A DNA stretch of 64,000 nt from an uncultured Verrucomicrobiae bacterium (GTDB taxonomy: Bacteria; Verrucomicrobiota; Verrucomicrobiia; Chthoniobacterales; Chthoniobacteraceae), in assembly GCA_963828525.1 (NCBI GenBank), contig CAWHEP010000002.1, forward strand, positions 160,001 to 224,000, read 5' to 3'. A model generated the notes under the pieces. It saw nothing but the letters and a program-made list of their open reading frames with translations, had not been told where the DNA came from and ran no database searches. Of the stretch, positions 40,271 through 49,721 are shown piece by piece (position 1 is the stretch's first letter; each line of letters begins with the position of its first letter). The position numbers were made by a program, and so were the translations under genes.

Positions 40271-41524
40271 ATGGCCCTTACCACACACGAAATAGAAGCG
40301 CCGGATGCGCTCGCCCGCGCCGCGCTGCCGGGAGAAGTCCCCGCTGGAGAGGATATGCTCGGCGAGAAGCTGATTCTCAACATGGGTCCTTCCCACCCGG
40401 CGACACATGGCGTGTTGCGGCTGGTTCTGGAACTCGATGGAGAGATGATCACGAAGGTGACACCGCACGTCGGATACCTTCACCGCGGCGATGAAAAGAT
40501 CGCCGAGACCATGCAATACAACCAGTTCGTGCCCTACACGGATCGGCTGGATTATCTTGCCCCTCTCGCAAACAACGTGGCGTACGCCCTCGCGGTCGAG
40601 AAGTTGATGGGTTGGGAGTTGCCGCCGCGCGGCAAAGCCATTCGCGTCATCGGCTGCGAAATGGCTCGGATTTCCTCGCATCTCCTCGGCTTGGGGGCCT
40701 TTGCCTTGGATATGGGCGCGATGACCGTATTTCTCTACACCTTCACCGAGCGGGAGAAGCTCTATAATCTCTTCGAACTCCTCACCGGCGCGCGTTTCAC
40801 CACGTCCTACACACGCGTAGGCGGGCAGACTCGTGATCTCCCCGAAGGATTCATAGCCCAGTTGCGGGACTTTCTGAAGCAGTTCATCCCCCGCCTGGAT
40901 GAGACAGACAGCCTCCTGAACCGGAACCGCATCTTTGTGGATCGCACCCGTGACGTGGGTGTTATCACAAAGGAGATGGCCATCGACTACGGCATCACCG
41001 GCCCAAATCTGCGCGGATGCGGCATCGACCACGATCTGCGGAAAAAGCACCCATACCTCGACTATCAGAATTACGATTTCGACATACCCGTCGGCACTGT
41101 GGGCGATTGTTACGACCGCTACCTCGTCCGCATTGAGGAGATGCGCCAGAGTGTGCGCATCCTTGAGCAGGCTCTGGATAAACTACCCGACGGTCCGATC
41201 AACGTTGCGGACGCCAAAAATTTTCCTCCTCCGAAGACGACTGTGCTCACGAAGATGGAGGAGTTGATCCACCACTTCATCATCCATACCGAAGGCGTCG
41301 ACGCGCCTCCCGGGGAGATTTATTCCGGCGCGGAAAATCCCAAAGGCGAACTGGGATTTTACATCCGCAGTCGGGGGGGCGGAACGCCGCATCGGCTGAA
41401 GATTCGGGCCCCGTCGTTCGTAAACCTCAGCGTGCTGCCAGCAATGATGCCCGGTCACATGATGAGCGATGTAGTTGCCATCCTTGGCAGCCTTGATTTC
41501 GTAATGGGAGAGGCGGATCGCTGA
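40271..41524 (+). CDS. nuoD: NADH-quinone oxidoreductase subunit D
   Basis: NMGPSHPATHGVLRL, GYLHRG, DRLDY, ENPKGELG and GEADR motifs. Confidence 0.97.
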   Translation: MALTTHEIEAPDALARAALPGEVPAGEDMLGEKLILNMGPSHPATHGVLRLVLELDGEMITKVTPHVGYLHRGDEKIAETMQYNQFVPYTDRLDYLAPLANNVAYALAVEKLMGWELPPRGKAIRVIGCEMARISSHLLGLGAFALDMGAMTVFLYTFTEREKLYNLFELLTGARFTTSYTRVGGQTRDLPEGFIAQLRDFLKQFIPRLDETDSLLNRNRIFVDRTRDVGVITKEMAIDYGITGPNLRGCGIDHDLRKKHPYLDYQNYDFDIPVGTVGDCYDRYLVRIEEMRQSVRILEQALDKLPDGPINVADAKNFPPPKTTVLTKMEELIHHFIIHTEGVDAPPGEIYSGAENPKGELGFYIRSRGGGTPHRLKIRAPSFVNLSVLPAMMPGHMMSDVVAILGSLDFVMGEADR

Positions 41525-41526
41525 CC

Positions 41527-41820
41527 ATGCGCCTTCGCGTCCTGGCAGGACTTTTATTGCTCCTGCTGGAAGGATGCGGAAAGCGAATCACGGATGCGAA
41601 CCTGCGAGAAGTCAAACCCGACATGAGCACAAAAGAAGTGGAATCAATCCTGGGACAGCCAACAAAGGTGCAGAGCCACGATCTGCCGTTGCAGACTCAG
41701 CCCAAGACGTTGAACGCAACCGTTTACACCTACATGCAGGAGGGTAAGTCGGTTGATCTTTTCTTTGTAGGCGACAAACTGGTAAACCCCGGGGGCGTTC
41801 AGGGCAGCTTTGGCGAGTAG
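41527..41820 (+). CDS. Small lipoprotein (BamE/SmpA-like fold)
   Basis: Lipobox LEGC; MSTKEVESILGQP motif. Confidence 0.75.
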   Translation: MRLRVLAGLLLLLLEGCGKRITDANLREVKPDMSTKEVESILGQPTKVQSHDLPLQTQPKTLNATVYTYMQEGKSVDLFFVGDKLVNPGGVQGSFGE

Positions 41821-41842
41821 ACTGACGCGCTGGTATTTGAAG

Positions 41843-43759
41843 ATGGAGATTTCACAAGAATTCCTGGCAAGGGTCGATGAGGCGATCACGCATTACCCCG
41901 TCTCCAAGCGGAGCGCCGCGCTGCCATTGCTGCACCTGGCGCAGGAGCAGTTTGGCCACGTGTCAGACGAAGCGGTCGAATGGATCGCTGCCAAACTCGG
42001 CTTGCAGCCGATCAACGTTCTCGAGTTGGTCACGTTCTATCCCATGTTCACGCGTGAACCGGTGGGACGCCGCCATATCCGGGTTTGCAGGACACTTTCG
42101 TGCGCGATGGCGGGCGGCTATCAATTGATGGACGCGTTCTGCAAGACCACCGGGATCGCGCGGGATCATGATGGAGAGCACGGAACGCCTGTTTCGAAAA
42201 GTCCGGATGGAGAGTTCAGCGTGGAATTTGTCGAGTGCCTCGCCAGTTGCGGCTCGGCCCCCGTTTGCATGGTGGGAGACACCTTCCACGAGAACGTAAA
42301 GGTCGAGAACATCGCGGCGCTGCTGGCCGGCGCGGACTCCCCGCCCCCGGCGCGACCGGTTCATCCCAAAGAGAAGCGGATGATCTTCTCAAATATAGGC
42401 CGGGACGGTTGGTCCCTCGATATCGATTGCGCAATCCGCAACGGCGGATACGAGGACTTGAAGAAGGCGGTGACGATGAAGCGCGAGGACATCGTCAACG
42501 AAGTGAAGGCTTCCGGCCTGCGAGGACGCGGCGGCGCAGGCTTCCCCTGCGGGGTGAAGTGGGGGTTCATCAAACCGAACGAGCCAAAGCCGGTCTATCT
42601 CATCTGCAACGCGGACGAATCGGAACCCGGCACGTTCAAGGATCGCTACATTCTTCATCAGGATCCGCATCAGCTCATTGAAGGCATGGTGATCTCCGCC
42701 TTCGCCCTGAACGCGCGGCTCGCCTACATCTATATTAGAGGGGAGTTCCCGGAGGCAGCCCGCATCATCGAGAAAGCGATAGAAGAAGCGCGCGCCAAAA
42801 ACTTTGTCGGCAAAAACGTCCTCGGAGCCGGATTCGATGTCGAAATTTACGTGCATCGCGGCGCGGGAGCCTACATCTGCGGGGAAGAAACAGGCCTGAT
42901 CGAGTCGCTGGAAGGAAAACGCGCTTATCCCCGGATCAAGCCTCCCTATTTTCCGGCCGTCCTCGGGCTGTATCAGTGCCCCACAATCGTCAACAACGTC
43001 GAAACACTTTGCAACATCAAGCACATCGTGCGGATGGGGGGAGCCGAATTCGCGAAGATCGGCCGCCCCAACAACACAGGCACCCGTGTCCTCTGCGTCA
43101 GCGGCGACGTGCAACGCCCCGGTTACTTTGAGCTCGAAGTCGGTTCGGTCACGATGGGCGAGCTGATCTACGATATCTGCGGCGGAATGAAGCCCGGTCG
43201 CGCTCTCAAAGCGGTGATCCCCGGCGGGAGTTCCGCCAAAGTCCTCCGCGCGGGCGAAAAATACAAGCTGAAGCAGAAACAGGCCGATGGATCCATGGCC
43301 GAAAAGGAGATCGGGATCGATGACATCGTCATGGATTTCGATTCACTCGCCGCTGTCGGGTCGATGGCGGGTTCCGGCGGAGTCATCGTGCTGGACGATT
43401 CCCGCGACATGGTGTGGACGTTGAATAACATAAACGAGTTCTACGCGCACGAGAGTTGCGGGCAATGCACCCCCTGCCGCGAAGGTTCGCTCTGGATGAA
43501 GAAAATCACCGAACGCATGTTGCTGGGAGGCGGCGCTGAGCGGGATCCTGTCGTGCTCACGACAGTGGCGGATAACATCGCGGGCCGGACCATCTGCGCC
43601 TTCGGAGAAGCTTGCGCGTGGCCGACCCAGAGTTTCGTCGCGAAGTTCAAGGAAGAGTTCGACGCCCGCTCCACAAAGCCCATTCCTCCCCCGACTCCCC
43701 CAGAATACAATCCCGAGACATTGACCGGGAAAAGCCACGTCCACGCGGGAACGCATTGA
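41843..43759 (+). CDS. nuoF: Fused NADH-quinone oxidoreductase subunits E and F
   Basis: NuoE CRTLSC...CLASC followed in frame by NuoF GLRGRGGAGFP, NADESEPGTFKD and SCGQCTPCREG. Confidence 0.95.
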   Translation: MEISQEFLARVDEAITHYPVSKRSAALPLLHLAQEQFGHVSDEAVEWIAAKLGLQPINVLELVTFYPMFTREPVGRRHIRVCRTLSCAMAGGYQLMDAFCKTTGIARDHDGEHGTPVSKSPDGEFSVEFVECLASCGSAPVCMVGDTFHENVKVENIAALLAGADSPPPARPVHPKEKRMIFSNIGRDGWSLDIDCAIRNGGYEDLKKAVTMKREDIVNEVKASGLRGRGGAGFPCGVKWGFIKPNEPKPVYLICNADESEPGTFKDRYILHQDPHQLIEGMVISAFALNARLAYIYIRGEFPEAARIIEKAIEEARAKNFVGKNVLGAGFDVEIYVHRGAGAYICGEETGLIESLEGKRAYPRIKPPYFPAVLGLYQCPTIVNNVETLCNIKHIVRMGGAEFAKIGRPNNTGTRVLCVSGDVQRPGYFELEVGSVTMGELIYDICGGMKPGRALKAVIPGGSSAKVLRAGEKYKLKQKQADGSMAEKEIGIDDIVMDFDSLAAVGSMAGSGGVIVLDDSRDMVWTLNNINEFYAHESCGQCTPCREGSLWMKKITERMLLGGGAERDPVVLTTVADNIAGRTICAFGEACAWPTQSFVAKFKEEFDARSTKPIPPPTPPEYNPETLTGKSHVHAGTH

Positions 43760-43763
43760 TGCC

Positions 43764-45401
43764 ATGAGCGAACCGACGCCAATGCTGAACGTCCAGATCA
43801 ATGGGGAATGGAAACAATTCCCAAAAGGGACTCGTGTCATCGAAGCCTGCGGCCAGGCTGGGCACTACATCCCCCGCTACTGCTACCATCCAAAGCTGAG
43901 TTCCCCGGGCAACTGCCGCATGTGCCTTATCGAAATGGGGATGCCCAAAATGGGCCCGGACCGCAAGCCGGAACTCGGGCCGGATGGGAAACCGGTCATC
44001 AACTGGATTCCGCGTCCACAGATTTCCTGCGCGCAGGACGTAGCAGAGGGCATGGGCATCCGGACCGACTCGCCAATGGCGCAGGAGTGTCGGAAAGGCG
44101 TCATGGAGTTCCTGCTCATCAATCACCCACTCGACTGCCCGATTTGCGATCAGGCGGGCGAATGCCGCCTCCAGGAGTTCAGCGTGGAATATGGAAACGG
44201 CGGCTCCCGTTTCCTTGAGCACAAGGTCAAGAAACCCAAGAAAGTCCAGATCGGCCCGAGGGTGACGCTCGACGCGGAGCGCTGCATCCTGTGCTCCCGC
44301 TGTATCAGGTTCATGCAGGAGGTTCCGCATGATGATGTTCTCGGGTTCACGGATCGGGGCAGCTACAGCACGATCTCCGTTCATCCCCAGCGGGAACTCG
44401 ATAGCAACTACTCCCTGAATACCGTGGACATTTGCCCGGTCGGAGCCCTGACCTCGACAGACTTCAGGTTCAAGATGCGCGTCTGGTTTCTGAAAGAAAC
44501 GCCCAGCTTCTGCGCGAGTTGCGCGACCGGCTGCAATACGCTCATCGGCGCTCGCGAAGACGTCGTTTACAGACAGACCCCGCGCGAGAATAACGAAGTG
44601 AATTCCGCCTGGATGTGCGATTACGGCCGCCTCAATTTCCATTACCTGCACAGTGACACGCGTTTGCTCGCGCCCTTGGTGAAGGCGGGTCGCAAGGGCG
44701 AACAAGCGGACTGGACTGCGGCCCTGGCAAAAGCGGCGGCGGAACTGAAGAGCTTTCAGGGGAGTGAGGTCGCGCTGATCGCGTCCGGCAGGATGACCAA
44801 TGAAGAGCTTTGGCTTGTGAAAAAGCTCATCTCGACGCTTGGCGTGAAGCTCCATGACATTCTGCCCCGCGTCGAAAAGGGCGATGACATTTTGATGAGC
44901 GCCGATCGTAACCCAAACACGGCCGGAGCCTTGCTCATGGGAGTATCCGCGGAAACTCCAGGCCAGCGCCTTGCGGAGATCGCGGAAGGCGTGAAGTCGG
45001 GCGCCATCAAGGCTCTCGTGATACTCGGTGAAGACGCGCTGGAATGCGGAATCACGAGGGAGGATTTATCGAAGCTCCGTTCGCTGGTGACCCTCAACAT
45101 CCTTTCAAACCCCACCGTTGAAGCGGCAACCGTCGCGTTCCCGGGAGCCGGGTTCGCGGAAAAGCGCGGTTCAATGATCAATGTGAAAGGACGCCTGCAG
45201 CGTCTGAATCGCGCGATCCAGCCCCCAGGCGAGGCGCGGGACGATTGGGAAGTGCTGCGCGACCTTATCCAGGCGATCTCGGGATCGAATGGCATTTACA
45301 TGATTGAAGATGTGTTCCGGCAAATGGCTGAAGCGACGCCTTCCTTCGCTGGCCTCAGCCTGAGCAAAATAGGGGATCTGGGAGTTCTGCTTCCGAAGTA
45401 A
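43764..45401 (+). CDS. nuoG: NADH-quinone oxidoreductase subunit G (short form)
   Basis: CYHPKL...CRMC, HPLDCPICDQAGEC, CILCSRC, CPVGALT and CASCATGC motifs. Confidence 0.95.
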   Translation: MSEPTPMLNVQINGEWKQFPKGTRVIEACGQAGHYIPRYCYHPKLSSPGNCRMCLIEMGMPKMGPDRKPELGPDGKPVINWIPRPQISCAQDVAEGMGIRTDSPMAQECRKGVMEFLLINHPLDCPICDQAGECRLQEFSVEYGNGGSRFLEHKVKKPKKVQIGPRVTLDAERCILCSRCIRFMQEVPHDDVLGFTDRGSYSTISVHPQRELDSNYSLNTVDICPVGALTSTDFRFKMRVWFLKETPSFCASCATGCNTLIGAREDVVYRQTPRENNEVNSAWMCDYGRLNFHYLHSDTRLLAPLVKAGRKGEQADWTAALAKAAAELKSFQGSEVALIASGRMTNEELWLVKKLISTLGVKLHDILPRVEKGDDILMSADRNPNTAGALLMGVSAETPGQRLAEIAEGVKSGAIKALVILGEDALECGITREDLSKLRSLVTLNILSNPTVEAATVAFPGAGFAEKRGSMINVKGRLQRLNRAIQPPGEARDDWEVLRDLIQAISGSNGIYMIEDVFRQMAEATPSFAGLSLSKIGDLGVLLPK

Positions 45402-46549
45402 TGGAATCCCTTTTTCAACTGGACTGGGTTTTCATCGCCGAATCCCTTGGCAAAACGCTGGGGATTATCTTTCTCGTCGTGCTTCCCATGGTGTCTTACA
45501 CCGTTTACGCGGAGCGGAGGATCAGCGCGCTCATTCAGGATCGTCTCGGCCCCAACCGCGTCGGAATCCCTTTTACCAATCTGAGGATGCAGGGCCTCGG
45601 GCAGCCAATCGCGGACGCCATGAAATTCCTCCTCAAGGAGGAACTGACGCCCGCTCACGTAAACAAGTTCTACTTCTGGCTTGCGCCTGGCCTGGCGATG
45701 GTTCCCGCGCTGCTGACGCTTGCCGTCATTCCTTTCGGAAGCACGGTGCTTGGCGTCCCCATGGTGATCGCCAATGTGAATATCGGCATCCTTTTCGTAT
45801 TCGCGGTGGCGTCTCTGGGCGTCTATGGCATCGTCCTTGCCGGCTGGGCTTCCAATTCCAAATATTCCTTCCTGGGAGGCGTGCGATCCAGTTCCCAGAT
45901 GCTCTCGTATGAACTTTCGCTCGGTCTTTCCGTCGTCCCCATCTTCCTGCTCCTTGGCAAGCTGAACCTCGTCGACATCGTTAGTTACCAGGCAAAGAAC
46001 GGGTGGTTGCTTCTCCCTTTTTGGGGCGAGGGTTTGAGTCTCCGACGATGGCTCCTTCTCGCGCCCATGCTCGTCTCGTTCGTCATTTTCACCATCTCGA
46101 TCTTCGCTGAAACAAATCGCCTCCCTTTCGATATGCCGGAATGCGAGACGGAATTGGTGGCTGGCTATCACACCGAATACTCGTCAATGAAGTTCGCGCT
46201 TTTCTTCCTCGGCGAATACGCGGCGATGATTACCGGATCATCCCTTATCGTAACTCTTTTCCTGGGTGGCTGGCATCTTCCGCTCCCATGGTGGAGCGCC
46301 GGCGCGGGGTTCCATTTTGCGTTGATTGACGGTTCCGCCGCGGGGCTTGCCGGGATCCTCGGCGGACTCTTCAATATCGTGACCTTCTTCGGGAAAGTTG
46401 CCGTCCTGCTCGGGTTTTTCATCTGGGTCCGCTGGACGCTCCCCAGGTTTCGATACGATCAACTCATGCGACTCGGCTGGATCTTCTTCTTCGAAATCGC
46501 TCTCGTGAATATCTTCGTGACCGCTGGCATCCTCCTTTATCTTCCCTGA
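45401..46549 (+). CDS. nuoH: NADH-quinone oxidoreductase subunit H
   Basis: ERR...QDRLGPNRVG, AETNRLPFD, GYHTEYS and PRFRYDQL motifs. Confidence 0.96.
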   Translation: MESLFQLDWVFIAESLGKTLGIIFLVVLPMVSYTVYAERRISALIQDRLGPNRVGIPFTNLRMQGLGQPIADAMKFLLKEELTPAHVNKFYFWLAPGLAMVPALLTLAVIPFGSTVLGVPMVIANVNIGILFVFAVASLGVYGIVLAGWASNSKYSFLGGVRSSSQMLSYELSLGLSVVPIFLLLGKLNLVDIVSYQAKNGWLLLPFWGEGLSLRRWLLLAPMLVSFVIFTISIFAETNRLPFDMPECETELVAGYHTEYSSMKFALFFLGEYAAMITGSSLIVTLFLGGWHLPLPWWSAGAGFHFALIDGSAAGLAGILGGLFNIVTFFGKVAVLLGFFIWVRWTLPRFRYDQLMRLGWIFFFEIALVNIFVTAGILLYLP

Positions 46550-46552
46550 ATC

Positions 46553-47083
46553 ATGGCTTACACGGTTGCGCGTCCAAAACTAAACTTCCGCGAGAAGCTA
46601 TATTTGCCCTCCATCGCGGCGGGTCTGGCAATCACCTTCAAGCATTTCAAGAACATGCTGCTTGGGCGGACAAAAGTCATCATGCAGTACCCGGAAGAGA
46701 AATGGGACAGCCACATGCCCGCCCATTACCGGGGCGCGCCCACGCTGGTGAAGGATGAACATGGGCGGGAGCGTTGCGTCGCCTGCCAGCTCTGCGAATT
46801 CATCTGCCCGCCCCGCGCGATCCGCATCAAGCCGGGCGAGATTCCCGCCGCGAGCAAGTTCTCAAAGGTCGAGAAGTTTCCTCAGGAATTCGATATCGAC
46901 ATGATCCGCTGCATCTACTGCGGGTTGTGCGAGGAGGTATGTCCCGAGCAGGCGATTTTCCTTCGCAAAGATTACGCGATCACGGGGCTGAGCCGGGCGG
47001 AGATGGTTCATGACAAGAAGAAACTCTATGAACTGGGCGGGGTGATGGAAGGTCTCGTCTATAAGTGGAACGAGAGGAAGTAG
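46553..47083 (+). CDS. nuoI: NADH-quinone oxidoreductase subunit I
   Basis: CVACQLCEFICP and CIYCGLCEEVCP motifs. Confidence 0.96.
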   Translation: MAYTVARPKLNFREKLYLPSIAAGLAITFKHFKNMLLGRTKVIMQYPEEKWDSHMPAHYRGAPTLVKDEHGRERCVACQLCEFICPPRAIRIKPGEIPAASKFSKVEKFPQEFDIDMIRCIYCGLCEEVCPEQAIFLRKDYAITGLSRAEMVHDKKKLYELGGVMEGLVYKWNERK

Positions 47084-47085
47084 AG

Positions 47086-47589
47086 ATGCCCCCTATTCTG
47101 TCTTGGTTGTTTGCGGTCGTGATGCTGGGCTTTGCCTGTTTGGTTATCATCAACCGCAACCCCGTCGCGAGCGCCTTGAGTTTGGTCGTTTCTTTTCTCG
47201 CGATGGCCGCGTTATTCGTCTCGCTTGACGCCTACTTCATCGGTGTCATCGAAGTGCTCGTCTATGCGGGGGCCGTGATGGTGCTGTTTCTTTTCATCAT
47301 CATGTTGTTGGACATAAGGGCCGAGGCCAGACGGCGGTTCAATATTGTCCCCACGGTCGGCGGGTTGCTCGTCGCCCTCGCGTTCGTCTATCAGCTTGTC
47401 GTTGTGATTCACCGCTTCCCTGCGGGAGACAAGCCTTTCCCCGCCCTCGCCACCGCCAATTTCGATGACGTGCATAACGTTGGAGTGATGCTTTTCAGCA
47501 GGTATAATCTTCCCTTCCAGGTCGTGGGCGCGCTCGTGCTGGTGTCCACCATTGGCGTGGTGGTTCTCAGCAAGAAGGGTTTGAAGTAG
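47086..47589 (+). CDS. nuoJ: NADH-quinone oxidoreductase subunit J
   Basis: RNPVASAL and VYAGAVMVLFLFIIMLL motifs. Confidence 0.95.
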   Translation: MPPILSWLFAVVMLGFACLVIINRNPVASALSLVVSFLAMAALFVSLDAYFIGVIEVLVYAGAVMVLFLFIIMLLDIRAEARRRFNIVPTVGGLLVALAFVYQLVVVIHRFPAGDKPFPALATANFDDVHNVGVMLFSRYNLPFQVVGALVLVSTIGVVVLSKKGLK

Positions 47590-47592
47590 GCA

Positions 47593-47910
47593 ATGACGAC
47601 CCTCAACGATTATCTGGCTGTCAGCGGTCTTCTCTTTGCCATTGGCTTCGCGGGAGTTTTGTTGCGCCGCAACATCCTGGTCATTTTTATGAGTCTCGAG
47701 TTGATGCTGAACGCCGCCAATCTTTCGCTCGTGGCTTTCTCAAGGTTCAACCTCGTCAGCGGCATGCCAAATTACAATGGACAGGTGCTTGTGTTTTTCA
47801 TCATCACCGTCGCCGCCGCGGAAGTGGCTGTCGGACTTGCGATCATCGTCGCCCTCTACAGATCGCGGCGCACCACTCACGTGGAAGACATCAGCAGCAT
47901 GAGGTTCTAG
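47593..47910 (+). CDS. nuoK: NADH-quinone oxidoreductase subunit K
   Basis: RRN...ELMLNA and [10 protein letters not shown] motifs. Confidence 0.96.
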   Translation: MTTLNDYLAVSGLLFAIGFAGVLLRRNILVIFMSLELMLNAANLSLVAFSRFNLVSGMPNYNGQVLVFFIITVAAAEVAVGLAIIVALYRSRRTTHVEDISSMRF

Positions 47911-47917
47911 CCCGCAA

Positions 47918-49720
47918 ATGCCTGTGAACTCAAACCTGCCCTGGATCATCCTTTTCGCGCCCTTGGTGAGCGCGATCGTGATCGTCCTCCTCACCCAATT
48001 CTGGCGGAAACTTAGTGTGGCGATCGCCGTCGCCGCCGTTCTGATTTCCTTCGTCGGCAGTTGCATGGTCTTCATTCATTCCGGGCCGATGACAGCCTCC
48101 TCGTTCACGTGGCTTGATTTCGGTCCCGCGTTTCGCGTTCCCATCGGCGTCACGATTGATGGGTTGAGCAAGACGATGCTGCTCGTCGTCACAGGCATCG
48201 GCGCGCTTATCCATATCTACTCCACGGCCTACATGAAAGAGGATGAAGGCGAGTCGCGCTACTTCGCTGGCCTGTCGCTCTTCATGTTCTCCATGCTGGG
48301 CATTGTCCTCGCCAATAACTTCGTGATGATGTTCATCTTCTGGGAGCTTGTCGGCGCGAGTTCCTACCTCCTGATCGGTCATTGGTATTTCCGCAATGCT
48401 CCGCCCGCCGCCGCGAACAAAGCCTTCATCGCGAACCGGATCGGGGATTTCGGATTTATGCTGGGAATCCTGATGCTATGGCTCGCGACAAAGTCGGTCG
48501 TCTTTACGGAGATCGCCGGAGCCCTGAACGCTGCGAACTTCGCGGGCATCAACATGACTGCCGCGACTTTGCTCATCTTCTGCGGCACGGTTGGAAAATC
48601 GGCGCAGTTCCCGCTGCATGTTTGGTTGCCGGACGCGATGGAAGGCCCGACGCCCGTATCGGCGTTGATCCATGCCGCAACCATGGTGGCAGCCGGCGTT
48701 TACATGCTGGCCCGCGTGTTCTTCCTCGTGCAGGCCGCTCCGTTCGCGCAGGAGGTGATCTCCTGGATCGGCGTAACGACGGCAGTGCTCGCTGCCCTCA
48801 TGGCTACGCAGCAGAATGACATCAAGCGCATCCTGGCTTACTCCACGCTCTCCCAACTCGGCTATATGGTGATGGCAATGGGCGTGCTGGCCCCCGGCGC
48901 CGCCATGTTCCATCTCTTCACGCACGCGTTCTTTAAAGCGCTCCTCTTCCTCGGCGCGGGAGCCATCATCCACATGCTCCACCATGAGCAGAATATTTGG
49001 AAGATGGGCGGCTTGAAGAGCCGGATGCCCCTCACCTTCCTGACATTCCTGATCGCCACGCTCGCGCTTATTGGCTGCCCCGGCTTCAGTGGTTACTTCA
49101 GCAAGGAGGCAATCCTTGCCGCCGCCTTGTTCCGCAGCAAGGGCCTCTTCGCCGCGGCTCTCGGCACAGCCTTTCTGACGGCGTTTTACATGATCCGCCT
49201 GTTCGTCGTGGTCTTCCTCGGCAAACCCAAATCTCCAGCCGCGGAACATGGTCACGACGCGCCGCCCGCCATGACCCTGCCCTTGTTGATCCTTGCCGTG
49301 CCTGCCTTCGTGGCCGGATACGGGTTTGTCATCAAACACTTCGTCCAAATCCCCGACAAGGAAGGCCCGTTCTTCGTTACGATCCTCGCCGTTGCCGCCT
49401 TTGCCGCCGGAGCCGGTTTTGCCTTTCTTCTCTACGCGGGCAAGACAGAAGACCCGATATTGATTCCGCTGCTCGCGAACAAGTTCTACTTCGATGAACT
49501 TTACGCGGTCCTCATTCGCATGTCGCAGGATTTGCTCGCGCGGGTGAGCGGATATTTCGATCGTTGGGTGCTGGATAGCATTGTCCGCGTTGTCAGCGGA
49601 AGCGCCTGGCTGCTGGGCTTCGTCCTGAGATTTTTTCAGATCGGCAATCTCCAGGCCTATTCCTTCATGTTTGGCCTGGGCATCGTGGGATTGCTCTACT
49701 TTGTGACGTTGAGGAAATGA
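47918..49720 (+). CDS. nuoL: NADH-quinone oxidoreductase subunit L
   Basis: KSAQFPLHVWLPDAMEGPTPVSALIHAATMV and HAFFKALLFL motifs. Confidence 0.96.
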   Translation: MPVNSNLPWIILFAPLVSAIVIVLLTQFWRKLSVAIAVAAVLISFVGSCMVFIHSGPMTASSFTWLDFGPAFRVPIGVTIDGLSKTMLLVVTGIGALIHIYSTAYMKEDEGESRYFAGLSLFMFSMLGIVLANNFVMMFIFWELVGASSYLLIGHWYFRNAPPAAANKAFIANRIGDFGFMLGILMLWLATKSVVFTEIAGALNAANFAGINMTAATLLIFCGTVGKSAQFPLHVWLPDAMEGPTPVSALIHAATMVAAGVYMLARVFFLVQAAPFAQEVISWIGVTTAVLAALMATQQNDIKRILAYSTLSQLGYMVMAMGVLAPGAAMFHLFTHAFFKALLFLGAGAIIHMLHHEQNIWKMGGLKSRMPLTFLTFLIATLALIGCPGFSGYFSKEAILAAALFRSKGLFAAALGTAFLTAFYMIRLFVVVFLGKPKSPAAEHGHDAPPAMTLPLLILAVPAFVAGYGFVIKHFVQIPDKEGPFFVTILAVAAFAAGAGFAFLLYAGKTEDPILIPLLANKFYFDELYAVLIRMSQDLLARVSGYFDRWVLDSIVRVVSGSAWLLGFVLRFFQIGNLQAYSFMFGLGIVGLLYFVTLRK

Positions 49721-49721
49721 T

